DNA of 64,000 nt. Source: a virus (Duplodnaviria; Caudoviricetes). The translations under genes and the position numbers were made by a program. The DNA lies in IMG/VR virus record IMGVR_UViG_3300032309_002614, positions 25,836-89,835 of that record, one strand, 5' to 3'. This document shows, in pieces, positions 28,901 through 37,995 of the stretch; the stretch's first letter is position 1, and each line of letters opens with the position of its first letter. Under the pieces are notes generated by a model. That model ran no database searches and had not been told where the DNA came from. It worked only from the letters and a program-made list of their open reading frames with translations.

Positions 28901-29196
28901 AGTTTATTCTTAATGTAGAAGGTGCAAATGCTGGAGGCAAATTCTTGGAAAACTATGTTGGACAAGAAGTAAATATTGATTCCTTGTATAAGGATATTGA
29001 TATCAATTCGCCGCCACTTGCTACATTAAGAACTTCAGATAATAGACAGCATAGTATTCAATTGATAGATATCAGATTCATTAATGAGTTTATTTTTATT
29101 AATTGTTTTGTTATTCAGCATGATGATAAACACGGCGGCAAAGCTTTGCTAAGATTGAAGCCTGTTTGTGATTTAGAAAAGATCGTTAATCCATAA
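28897..29196 (+). CDS. Hypothetical protein
   Basis: 99-aa ORF. Confidence 0.7.
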   Translation: MKFILNVEGANAGGKFLENYVGQEVNIDSLYKDIDINSPPLATLRTSDNRQHSIQLIDIRFINEFIFINCFVIQHDDKHGGKALLRLKPVCDLEKIVNP

Positions 29197-29203
29197 TTTT
29201 AAA

Positions 29204-29277
29204 GCATCATTAGCATAAAAGTAATGTTCCTGTTTTCCAAACAGGACAAATCGGGGCAGTACCGATATGATGCTCCA
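29204..29277 (+). tRNA. tRNA-Gly(UCC), atypical T-loop
   Basis: GCATCAT/ATGATGC, CCTGT-TTTCCAA-ACAGG, ATCGG-GGCAGTA-CCGAT, CCA. Confidence 0.9.
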
Positions 29278-29282
29278 ATTTC

Positions 29283-29567
29283 ATGACTCATAAATTTGCA
29301 GTAATTGTAGATAAAAAATCATACTATAAACTTCAACAAGAAGATGATTTCTATTTGCGAGTTATGATATTAGATATAATAAGAGTATTGTCAGATAAAA
29401 AAGAATCTTTAGAAAAATACAAAGACGATTTGTTTTATAAATGCGCTAAAAGCATCGCTAATGAAGTAAGAATGTTCGAAGATGAAAATTCAGTTATTTT
29501 TTACGCTGAATTGAGTAATGGATACCTTGATGATTTTTTTGAAAAACCCCTTGACGATTTGGAATAA
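29283..29567 (+). CDS. Hypothetical protein
   Basis: 94-aa ORF. Confidence 0.7.
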   Translation: MTHKFAVIVDKKSYYKLQQEDDFYLRVMILDIIRVLSDKKESLEKYKDDLFYKCAKSIANEVRMFEDENSVIFYAELSNGYLDDFFEKPLDDLE

Positions 29568-29599
29568 ATCAATAAATAGTGTATTATATAATAGATCCT

Positions 29600-29703
29600 A
29601 CACTACCCGAGAAATCGGAGGATGAAAAATCAATTTTTAGCGGCAATCGCTAAATAGGTGCGTTTACGCATCGTCCCTTTTTCGAGTAGTGTCGGAAAGG
29701 GGA
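29600..29703 (+). ncRNA. Structured, pseudoknot-capable RNA leader upstream of an HNH gene
   Basis: CCGA-GAAA-TCGG, TTTAGCG/CGCTAAA, GGTGCG/CGCATC, 12-bp TCCCTTTTTCGA/TCGGAAAGGGGA whose loop GTAGTG complements upstream CACTAC. Confidence 0.6.
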
Positions 29704-29709
29704 TTTTTT

Positions 29710-30347
29710 ATGAAAATATGTAAAATATGTAACGCAACAGAAGATTTAATAGGATTTAGAAAAGATCGTATAATTTGTAACGATTGTTTAAAGAAAAATA
29801 AACAAGAATATTATTTCTCTAATCTTGAAAGAATCAAAGAAAAAAGAGATCAATATAGAGAAGCTAATAGAGAAAAAATAAATACTCAGAAGAGGGAGCA
29901 TTATCAATTAAACAAAGAACGATTAATAAAAAATTCTTCTGATTATAAAAAAATAATAGAAAGAGATATAACGACTTAAAAATCAATAGAAAAAAGAATG
30001 ATCCATTGTATAAATTAAGAATTACTGTTAGTGAAAGAATAAGACAAGCTTTAAAATATCATCTAGCAGGTACATACAAAAAGAAAGATTCTACTATAGA
30101 ATTATTAGGTTGCAGTATTGATGAATTAAAAACTTATTTACAAAATCAATTTAAAGAAGGCATGACTTGGCAAAATCACGGCGAATGGCATATTGATCAT
30201 ATAATTCCATGCGCGGCTTTCGACCTATCAAAAAAAGAAGATTGTTTAAAATGTTTTAATTATAAAAATTTACAACCACTTTGGGCGCATGAAAATCTTT
30301 CGAAATCCGACAAAATACCCATTGACAGGTTTCAAGAAATCGTCTAA
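29710..30347 (+). pseudogene. HNH endonuclease split by a 1-nt frameshift in an A7 run (29947-29953)
   Basis: CxxC...CxxC N-terminus plus second frame RKKNDPLYKL...NHGEWHIDH...NLQPLW..EN..K. Confidence 0.75.
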
Positions 30348-30358
30348 GGTCTTCGCGA

Positions 30359-32551
30359 ATGAAACTAGATGTTGCTGATCGAATCGTTGCTACTTCGCAC
30401 GATTTTCCCACCGTAAACTGCACGATTGATCCAGAAGATATGAGGTACATTTCCTCGCTTCTGCGAAATAATTATTCAAACACGATTCTTGCGACCATTC
30501 GTGAGCCTTATGCGAATGCAGTTGACGCTAATAAAGAAAATGGATTATCGCCAGAACTTATTGAAGTCAAATCCCCAACCTCTCTTGATCAGACTTTTTC
30601 TATTCGTGACTTTGGTCCCGGTTTGAGTCGCGATCAGATTTTTAATCTATATAGTAAGTTTGGTAAGTCTACAAAGCGCGATTCTAATACAAAGCTTGGA
30701 GCTTTTGGCATTGGTAAGTTCGCACCTCTTTCTTATAAAGATAGTTTTACTGTTACTTCTTATCACAATTGTCTTAAAACCATCTATAGTATTTATATCT
30801 CAGAAGACAACGATACTAAGATCGATGAAATTTTTTCTGAAGTCACGTTAGAAGCTAACGGTATCTGCATTTCTGTAGGTGTTTCGAGCGGCGATATCAA
30901 CAAGTTCAATCAGGAAATTTCTTCATTCTTTAGTAATTTTGAAGTTCAACCTCATTTCTTGAATTTGCAAGTTGACATTGCAAAGCCTGAAATCGTTGCT
31001 TCTGGTACTAATTGGCAAATTCGCAAATCTGTTAATGGTTATAATCTTTATTCAGTGGGCGAGCATGGGATTGTAATGGGCGGCATTTATTATCCTATCA
31101 ATCTTGAACTTGTTGATTTCAAGAGTGACGATGATTACGCATGGACTAAGTTTCTTAATAAGCTTGTTTTTATTGCTGATATTGGATCTGTTTCGCTGCA
31201 TCACTCACGCGAAACACTTGAGTATAACAAGACTACTAAGACTTATTTGAAGTCTCGTTATCAAGCTTTCTGTAAAGAGTTTACGGATTCAATTAAGAAT
31301 AAGATCGCGCAATTTGATTGTTTGCGTGATGCTATGTCTTACTATAAAGACATTAGCGAGACGTTTCCTCGAAATGCTTTTGACCGACTTCAAAATCAAA
31401 ATGTTTTTGTTTTCAAAGGTCATAAAATTATTACTTGGAATTTCAATCGTCCTAGTTATGAAGAGAATGATAAAGCGATCAGGATTCCTGTTTATGCTAA
31501 AACTTATAGCTTATCTGGTGATCGTGTAGCTATTGCCAAATGTTATACTATTGGTAATGATAAAAATACTTATATTGTATTTCATGATTTGCCAGACAAT
31601 ACGAAGGTCGTTCCTCGCGTTTACGAATTAGTTAAAAAATACAAAAACGTAGTCGTTGTTGCTCACGATCAATCAATCATTAGTTCTGCTACTCTTAATG
31701 GTGTTGACAAGTTTAAAGAGGTTAATCGATTTGATCTTGTCAAGTCTGGTTACTGCAATCTTAGTGAATTGATTCCAGTAAAGCTTCCTTCTACTAAAAA
31801 AGGTTCTGCTAGTTCATATACTGCTAATTATTTTTATAAGGTTGAGAGTTGTTATTTTCGGTGTTCAAGTGTTTTTGCTAAAGAAATTAATGATAGTTCT
31901 ATTACTAAACTTTATTTTCCTGTTTCTAATGGTAAACCAGTTAATAACTATTCCTTTTTTTATCAGGAAAAGAATAAACTTAATAGCTACTTTTTTAGTA
32001 AAGTAGGTAAACTATTTAATGTTAGTATTTATGCAGTATCAAATAATGTAGCCGCAACTGTTAAATTTAAAAATCGCGCTGATTTCGTTGATATTATTAA
32101 GTATATCCAAGATAAATGGAATGCTTGTTCTGATGAAGTTAAGTCGTTGATTCTTGAATATATTTCTTGCAAGACTGATGATGGGTATAATATTATGACT
32201 TTTACTGTCATGGTTGCAGATATCGACACTTACCAAAAATACGACTACAAGCTAAATTTTTGTTCAGAAAATCTTAAGAAAGCAGGTGCGCTTGAATTTG
32301 CAGATTTTATTGAAAAATGGCGGAATGCGTTAGAAATTCTTAAAATTAACATGTCTCACGACAATGAAACTCCAGTTTCTATCTGCGGAAAATATCTAAG
32401 ACAAGCAACCGAAGAAATTTATAAAAATTATCCAATGCTTGAAATTCATGCCGACATGTACAATAGTGATCGCATCAAAAATGAATTAAAATATAAGGAG
32501 TATATTTCCTTCATGAATCAACAGAATTCTGTTGACTTTTCAGAAATTTGA
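30359..32551 (+). CDS. rIIA-like protein (N-terminal GHKL ATPase)
   Basis: YSN..LATIREPYANAVDA, IRDFGPGL, STK...LGAFGIG, F.VTSYH; adjacent to rIIB-like gene. Confidence 0.85.
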   Translation: MKLDVADRIVATSHDFPTVNCTIDPEDMRYISSLLRNNYSNTILATIREPYANAVDANKENGLSPELIEVKSPTSLDQTFSIRDFGPGLSRDQIFNLYSKFGKSTKRDSNTKLGAFGIGKFAPLSYKDSFTVTSYHNCLKTIYSIYISEDNDTKIDEIFSEVTLEANGICISVGVSSGDINKFNQEISSFFSNFEVQPHFLNLQVDIAKPEIVASGTNWQIRKSVNGYNLYSVGEHGIVMGGIYYPINLELVDFKSDDDYAWTKFLNKLVFIADIGSVSLHHSRETLEYNKTTKTYLKSRYQAFCKEFTDSIKNKIAQFDCLRDAMSYYKDISETFPRNAFDRLQNQNVFVFKGHKIITWNFNRPSYEENDKAIRIPVYAKTYSLSGDRVAIAKCYTIGNDKNTYIVFHDLPDNTKVVPRVYELVKKYKNVVVVAHDQSIISSATLNGVDKFKEVNRFDLVKSGYCNLSELIPVKLPSTKKGSASSYTANYFYKVESCYFRCSSVFAKEINDSSITKLYFPVSNGKPVNNYSFFYQEKNKLNSYFFSKVGKLFNVSIYAVSNNVAATVKFKNRADFVDIIKYIQDKWNACSDEVKSLILEYISCKTDDGYNIMTFTVMVADIDTYQKYDYKLNFCSENLKKAGALEFADFIEKWRNALEILKINMSHDNETPVSICGKYLRQATEEIYKNYPMLEIHADMYNSDRIKNELKYKEYISFMNQQNSVDFSEI

Positions 32552-32588
32552 GTTAGCATAGTCGAAGAATAAAGGTGTAAAAAATATT

Positions 32589-33698
32589 ATGAATAAGCCA
32601 GCATATATTGCCACTAGCAACGCAATCACGGTCATTTGGGAGGGTAAGCCTTATACGGTTAATACCGACAATCCCAATTATACTGGACTGAAGAACGCTC
32701 TAATCAATGCAGAATACGACAGTATTGGTCGTTTTCTTGATATTAAGAAGCAAATCGAAGACTTCTCTCATGGCAGCATCAAGGTTGTCGCCGAGAAGGT
32801 TTATTATGGCAATCATGAACTCAAGGGTTTTGTAATTGATAAGCTACTTGAGTTTTTGCGCTCAGGAGCTAAGGACGCTCAACCTATTCTCAATTTTATT
32901 GAGAAGCTTATGTTCAATCCTAGTAAGAATAGTGTTGATCAACTATATACTTTTCTTTCTTATAAGACTTTGCCATTGACTGAGACTGGCAATGTTATTG
33001 GATATAAGGGTGTTAATTGTCTTTACTATTCTCATCGTGGCAATACCAGTACTGTTGTCATTACTGGCACTGTAGATAAAAATGGTCGCATTCTTAATAA
33101 GATTGGCGAGACTATTGAAGTCGCTCGTAATAGTGTTGATGATAACAAGGACAATCATTGTTCTCACGGTCTACACGTTGGCAGCTATGATTATGCAAAG
33201 GATTGGGCTGATAACGACGGCCATCTAATGATGGTTGAATTCAATCCTTCAGATGCAGTTAGTGTACCTACTGATTGCAACTTCCAGAAGCTTCGTGTTT
33301 CTAAGTACAAGGTCATTGGAGAAGTTCCTTTCGAGCGTGTTAAGGAAACTGAAGCTCCGCTCAATGAGCCTTATTACAACACTGATAAAGAAATCAGCGT
33401 TGATGATGACAGTAATGATTGTTTCGACGGTTGTGGTTGCAATATCAACGAAGGCTATGAATATAGTGATGCTACTATTCTTGCCATTAAGAATTACGTT
33501 GAGGGTCGCGTTGAAGGTGGAACACCTGCTACCCTCAAGTCCATTCAGTCCCGCCTAAAAGGAACGCATATCACTTGTCAAGAAATCAAGGATATTTGTT
33601 TGGATCTAGGATTTACCGTTCATGAAGATGACAACATTGCTTTGTCTAATAGTCTTGTAACTATTGTGACAATCAGTGAAAAGTCTGACTATCAGTAA
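32589..33698 (+). CDS. rIIB-like protein
   Basis: NF..KL..NPS...V.QLY.FL, LP.T..G....YK.V, RNSVDD...HCS.GLH, K.RV.KY. Confidence 0.85.
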   Translation: MNKPAYIATSNAITVIWEGKPYTVNTDNPNYTGLKNALINAEYDSIGRFLDIKKQIEDFSHGSIKVVAEKVYYGNHELKGFVIDKLLEFLRSGAKDAQPILNFIEKLMFNPSKNSVDQLYTFLSYKTLPLTETGNVIGYKGVNCLYYSHRGNTSTVVITGTVDKNGRILNKIGETIEVARNSVDDNKDNHCSHGLHVGSYDYAKDWADNDGHLMMVEFNPSDAVSVPTDCNFQKLRVSKYKVIGEVPFERVKETEAPLNEPYYNTDKEISVDDDSNDCFDGCGCNINEGYEYSDATILAIKNYVEGRVEGGTPATLKSIQSRLKGTHITCQEIKDICLDLGFTVHEDDNIALSNSLVTIVTISEKSDYQ

Positions 33699-33707
33699 TA
33701 TTATAAC

Positions 33708-33971
33708 ATGAGTGAAACAGCTACAGTTACAGAGCCAGTTGTCTTGTTGAATGCCATCACTAAGGCAACTCCAGAACAAGTTGACACATTGTGGTCAATT
33801 CTAAAGTATAAGGAGATTGGTATTTACCGAAAGATTAAGTGCATGAGTTCCGTTCTTGGGCTTAATTTTGATAAGGTTGTCACTGATCTTCCGAAGGATG
33901 AAACAGGTCGAATTCTTGATCACAAGACTCGCCATCTGATTCACGACATTCTAATTAAGATTCATTCCTAA
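33708..33971 (+). CDS. Hypothetical protein
   Basis: 87-aa ORF. Confidence 0.7.
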   Translation: MSETATVTEPVVLLNAITKATPEQVDTLWSILKYKEIGIYRKIKCMSSVLGLNFDKVVTDLPKDETGRILDHKTRHLIHDILIKIHS

Positions 33972-33972
33972 A

Positions 33973-34170
33973 ATGAATAAACGATATATCGTTAGAGACA
34001 AGGATGGTGCGTATCAGTCAGCTTACAATCTTGCGCTAGGAAAGAAGCAAGCGTATGATTGGGCCATGCAATGCGCTAAGTCTGTAAATGGTGTTATCTA
34101 TTATGTAGAGGGTGACGCCAATAAGGAACAAGAAGTGTTTCGCGCTCCTGATAGTTACCGTCGCAATTAA
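33973..34170 (+). CDS. Hypothetical protein
   Basis: 65-aa ORF. Confidence 0.7.
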   Translation: MNKRYIVRDKDGAYQSAYNLALGKKQAYDWAMQCAKSVNGVIYYVEGDANKEQEVFRAPDSYRRN

Positions 34171-34179
34171 CAAACAAGG

Positions 34180-34211
34180 TTTGCGGTCATCCTTAAAACC
34201 GCACTTTTTTT
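34180..34211 (+). terminator. Intrinsic terminator
   Basis: TGCGGT...ACCGCA plus T-tract. Confidence 0.7.
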
Positions 34212-34216
34212 ATTTT

Positions 34217-34423
34217 ATGGCTCATTTTGTAAAATTGCATCAACTAGATTTGCATCACGATAATAGTATGGCATATACGCCAATTCTTTTTAATATGGAC
34301 ACTGTTGTAAGTATTGAACCGAGTCCTAGCAAGAAGCATAGTATTATTATTACTCGTTGGAATAACAATGGTATTAGAGTAAAAGAAACTCTTGATGATA
34401 TTCTTAAATTAGCAAATCAATGA
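34217..34423 (+). CDS. Hypothetical protein (MAHFVKL...)
   Basis: ATG 34217 after the terminator, in frame with the track ORF. Confidence 0.7.
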   Translation: MAHFVKLHQLDLHHDNSMAYTPILFNMDTVVSIEPSPSKKHSIIITRWNNNGIRVKETLDDILKLANQ

Positions 34424-34563
34424 ACTGCGATTACTGCGGCAAAAAAACCGCTTTCTTAGAAGATCTTAATTATTGTTCTGTTTGTGTAGACTGTCTTGGA
34501 GAAATTGATGAACAAGACGATAGCCCTTTCGATTTAAACCAAAACGATAGAAATCATGACTGA
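34420..34563 (+). CDS. Small Zn-finger protein with acidic tail (not in track)
   Basis: CDYC...CSVC..C; coupled overlaps at both ends. Confidence 0.55.
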   Translation: MNCDYCGKKTAFLEDLNYCSVCVDCLGEIDEQDDSPFDLNQNDRNHD

Positions 34564-34927
34564 TAAAAATACTGAAAAACTCGTTAATAGATTTCCCTCT
34601 ATTTTTAAAGAGGATTTTTATTTTGAATGTGATGATGGATGGTTTGATATCATCTTTGATCTTTGCAAAGACATGCAACATGAAATTAATAACTCTGGTT
34701 GCCAACAAGTCGTCGCGGCTCAAGTCAAGGAGAAATTTGCAGGACTTCGGTTTTATGCAAGCGGCGGAAACGAAGTGACCTCTGCTATGATTGATAAGTA
34801 TGCAAAACTTTCGTCTAAAACTTGCGAAGTGACTGGCGGCAAAGGATATCTTTGCGAAAAACATGGATGGTACAAAACACTATCTACACAATCGGCATTG
34901 CTACTGGGTTTTAAAAAACTTAAATAA
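34556..34927 (+). CDS. Conserved-looking phage hypothetical protein
   Basis: ECDDGW, QVKEKFAGLRFY, CEVTG. Confidence 0.75.
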   Translation: MTDKNTEKLVNRFPSIFKEDFYFECDDGWFDIIFDLCKDMQHEINNSGCQQVVAAQVKEKFAGLRFYASGGNEVTSAMIDKYAKLSSKTCEVTGGKGYLCEKHGWYKTLSTQSALLLGFKKLK

Positions 34928-34976
34928 TTAACTTGTTTGTCACTTACAAATTCAATTTTTTATATAAAATATTTTA

Positions 34977-35273
34977 ATGATGAATACTTTTCTAAAAAAT
35001 CTTAAATCTATATTTTTAAGTGAAAATAAACAGATTAAAAAGATCGCAGATAAGCAAGCATCGTTACAAAAACAAATAGAACATATTATGTCCTCACTAA
35101 CTAACCTACAAGAAGCAGTAACTCGCCTAGCTTCAATCACTGATGAAGCTGTAAAGGTACTCAACACTCCACATCCTACTGAAGAAGCTATTCAAGCTGC
35201 CGCAGACTTGATCAATGCTCAGGCAGATCGCCTACAGGCCGCTTCTGATAACGACCCAAACACTGTTGCTTAA
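34977..35273 (+). CDS. Coiled-coil hypothetical protein
   Basis: 98-aa ORF. Confidence 0.7.
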   Translation: MMNTFLKNLKSIFLSENKQIKKIADKQASLQKQIEHIMSSLTNLQEAVTRLASITDEAVKVLNTPHPTEEAIQAAADLINAQADRLQAASDNDPNTVA

Positions 35274-35294
35274 TAATTATTGTTATAAATAAGC

Positions 35295-35324
35295 AACCCA
35301 CAGAGTTAAATCTGTGGGTTTTTT
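35295..35324 (+). terminator. Intrinsic terminator
   Basis: AACCCACAGA-GTTAAA-TCTGTGGGTTTTTT. Confidence 0.9.
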
Positions 35325-35442
35325 ATTATTTTTTTTGAGCAAATGCGTTTTTGCGACGATTTTCCCTTGACTTAAAGGGTGATTTGGTATAAATTTTGCG
35401 TTAAGTAAGAACTTCAACGCTACAAATTTTACTTTAAAATTC

Positions 35443-36114
35443 ATGAAATTACTTGATTTATTTTGTTGCGCTGGTGGAGCGAGTATGGGTTATAGCCAAG
35501 CTGGATTTGAAGTAACAGGAGTTGATATTAAAGATCAACCAAGTTATCCTTTTAAATTTATTAAAGGCGATGTCATGGAAATCATAAAGGATAAAGATTT
35601 TCTTAATTCTTTTGATGTTATTCATGCGTCACCTCCTTGTCAGGGATACAGCAACGCTACAAAGCCCGATTCAGTCTACGTTCATTACTCTCAAGGCAAA
35701 GACACGCCGAAACTAATTGAGCCAGTTCGCAATGCATTAATTAATACTGGTAAATATTACATTATTGAAAACGTTGCTGGCGCAAAAGAATATCTTATAG
35801 AACCATTTAAGTTAACTGGCTATATGTTTAATATGCCAATCGAACGAGCAAGATATTTTGAATGCAACTTTCCAGTTGCGCCATTAAAAAATATCACTAA
35901 ACGTGGATATTCTAAAAAATATGCCGAAGAGAATGGTATTGATTATCGCGACATGAGCGTTACCGGCAAGAGTCGCCGCAAAGGCTCAATCGATATTTGG
36001 CGCAAAGTCATGGATATGCATTGGCCTAAGCGAGGATGGGAGTTGACAGAAGCTATTCCACCTGCTTATACTAAATATATCGGCGAACAACTTTTAAAAT
36101 ATGAAAATAAATAA
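35443..36114 (+). CDS. DNA cytosine-5 methyltransferase (short form)
   Basis: LDLFCCAGG (motif I), HASPPCQ (IV), IIENV (VI), R.R.F (VIII), EAIPP (X). Confidence 0.85.
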   Translation: MKLLDLFCCAGGASMGYSQAGFEVTGVDIKDQPSYPFKFIKGDVMEIIKDKDFLNSFDVIHASPPCQGYSNATKPDSVYVHYSQGKDTPKLIEPVRNALINTGKYYIIENVAGAKEYLIEPFKLTGYMFNMPIERARYFECNFPVAPLKNITKRGYSKKYAEENGIDYRDMSVTGKSRRKGSIDIWRKVMDMHWPKRGWELTEAIPPAYTKYIGEQLLKYENK

Positions 36115-36652
36115 ATTACCATCTTTAGAATATCTTAAAGAGTGTTTTGTTTTAGAAGGTTCTTTGCCAAGTGGACTTAGATGGTCTGCTAATAGACCTC
36201 TTTCTCACTTTAAGAGCGAAGCTCTTTTCAAAAGATGGAAGACAAATAATTCAAATCAATCAGCAGGTTGTATTTTAGGTAATGGATATTATTATTCAAG
36301 ACTTGATAAAAATAGATATGCAAATCATCGAATTGTATTTGCTATTTATAATAACAATGTAGATTTTCAAGATAAACAAATAGATCATATAGATGGTAAC
36401 GTATTAAATAATTCTCCTCAGAACTTAAGGCTTGTAACAGCATCTCAAAATCAATTTAATCGTAAAAAACAAAAAAATAATTCCAGCGGACATAAAAATA
36501 TTTCTTTTGTTAAAAAATTAAATAAGTATCGCTGTGCTATGCAAATAAATGGTGAAGATATTTATATTGGTTTATTCAATACTGTAGAAGAGGCCATTGT
36601 AACAAGAGATTTAAAATTTAAACAATTAGCTGGAGAATTTTATAAATCATGA
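36101..36652 (+). CDS. HNH-AP2 homing endonuclease
   Basis: HRIVF, IDHIDGN.LNN...NLR, SG.KNIS, LGxF...EEA. Confidence 0.88.
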   Translation: MKINKLPSLEYLKECFVLEGSLPSGLRWSANRPLSHFKSEALFKRWKTNNSNQSAGCILGNGYYYSRLDKNRYANHRIVFAIYNNNVDFQDKQIDHIDGNVLNNSPQNLRLVTASQNQFNRKKQKNNSSGHKNISFVKKLNKYRCAMQINGEDIYIGLFNTVEEAIVTRDLKFKQLAGEFYKS

Positions 36653-36870
36653 AAGCAATATTAGAATTTAATTTGCCCGAAGATCAAAAACGATTTGAGA
36701 TGGCTAATCAAGCTATCGATATGTTTTCTGCTATTTGTCATTTTGAAGATAGACTACGAAGCTATCATAAATTTGGACACGATTTTAAAACAGCAGATGA
36801 AGCTATTGAAGCTATTCGCACTCTTCTATATGAAGAAATTAACATTCGACGCATAAATATTCATGACTGA
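36649..36870 (+). CDS. Hypothetical protein (MKAILEFNLPED)
   Basis: 73-aa coupled ORF. Confidence 0.75.
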   Translation: MKAILEFNLPEDQKRFEMANQAIDMFSAICHFEDRLRSYHKFGHDFKTADEAIEAIRTLLYEEINIRRINIHD

Positions 36871-37150
36871 CGATATACAAAAAGAAATTCTCGCATTAAC
36901 TGAAGAATGGCATGAACTTGTTTGTGCTGAAATTCATAAAGATCGTGATTGCCATTGGTACATAGAAACTCGCTGGTCTTATGGCGAAAAACCTAAGTAC
37001 AGAGTCTTTCATAATGGTTATATTACTGATGATATAGAAATAGCTTGCGACTCTTATGAAACAGCTTTGACAGAATTGCGAAATATTCTAAAACGAGCTA
37101 TTGAAAGAGAAAAAGAATTAGAAAAACCACCAAAACACAATAACTGGTAA
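36863..37150 (+). CDS. Hypothetical protein
   Basis: 95-aa ORF. Confidence 0.7.
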   Translation: MTDDIQKEILALTEEWHELVCAEIHKDRDCHWYIETRWSYGEKPKYRVFHNGYITDDIEIACDSYETALTELRNILKRAIEREKELEKPPKHNNW

Positions 37151-37194
37151 ATTTAAATAATTTACTATTGTAAAAACATTGTGTATTATATTTT

Positions 37195-37638
37195 ATGGCT
37201 GTTTTCACATATAGAGGATCTATAAAAAATCAAGGTTTTTGTGTTTTTTTTGAAGAAGAAATAGGAATGCCGCTGACTCAATATGAAGCGGAAGTAGTGG
37301 TGGACTGGTTAAACAATACTCAATTCAGTATTAATTCATATACTTTTTTTTCTTTCGAACAGGTTAAGGATAAAAATTCTGAAGATGTCTATCAAATACT
37401 TGATCAAACAAAAAAAGTAGGAGACATCATTATCTCTAAAAGAGATGTAGTCGCTATAGTTAATTGGTTAAATAGTTCTCTAAAAAAACTTAAAGAAAAA
37501 CTCGATAAAAGAATATACACTCCTATTACGGGCGAAGAACCTACAGAAGAAGAAATTAAAGCGCACATGATTTCTAAAAAGATGGGTTATTATATAGCTA
37601 AAGAAGATCTTAGAAAAATAAAATATAAAAGGCTATAA
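37195..37638 (+). CDS. Hypothetical protein
   Basis: 147-aa ORF, GTGTAT 8 nt upstream. Confidence 0.7.
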   Translation: MAVFTYRGSIKNQGFCVFFEEEIGMPLTQYEAEVVVDWLNNTQFSINSYTFFSFEQVKDKNSEDVYQILDQTKKVGDIIISKRDVVAIVNWLNSSLKKLKEKLDKRIYTPITGEEPTEEEIKAHMISKKMGYYIAKEDLRKIKYKRL

Positions 37639-37647
37639 TATACAACT

Positions 37648-37995
37648 ATGAAATTTACTCGTAAAGGATTCTTTAAATCTATATTCGGCGGTTTTGTAGC
37701 GGCAGCAGCGACTCCATCTCTAATCAAAGCAGAAGAAAAGCCACAAACAAAAGTAGAATCTTACCCTTTAACTCTTGATACAAATGCCTATCTTGGTTTA
37801 GGAACTTCACACCAGAATATTCCATTGGTAGTATCTAGCCTCGTCTTTCAAGTTGGGGAAAGACAATTACTAATGTCAGGAAATGAAAAAGGCGACTTTG
37901 AAATTAAATGGCTAGATGTTAAAGAAGACGAAAACGCTGCTACTCTCAGTTTTCGTAAACCTGAAAAAGATCGTTTTCCAATACTTTATAAATGA
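37648..37995 (+). CDS. Protein with Tat-like signal peptide
   Basis: MKFTRKGFFKSIFGGFVAAAATP. Confidence 0.55.
   Translation: MKFTRKGFFKSIFGGFVAAAATPSLIKAEEKPQTKVESYPLTLDTNAYLGLGTSHQNIPLVVSSLVFQVGERQLLMSGNEKGDFEIKWLDVKEDENAATLSFRKPEKDRFPILYK

Noticed and set aside
29625-29665. Pistol ribozyme (UAAAUAG resemblance)
   Set aside because: The P1 loop has no pseudoknot partner and the other conserved core positions are missing.
35443-36114. Restriction-modification system (methyltransferase plus adjacent nuclease)
   Set aside because: The neighbour is an HNH-AP2 protein typical of homing endonucleases; an orphan methyltransferase is the simpler reading.
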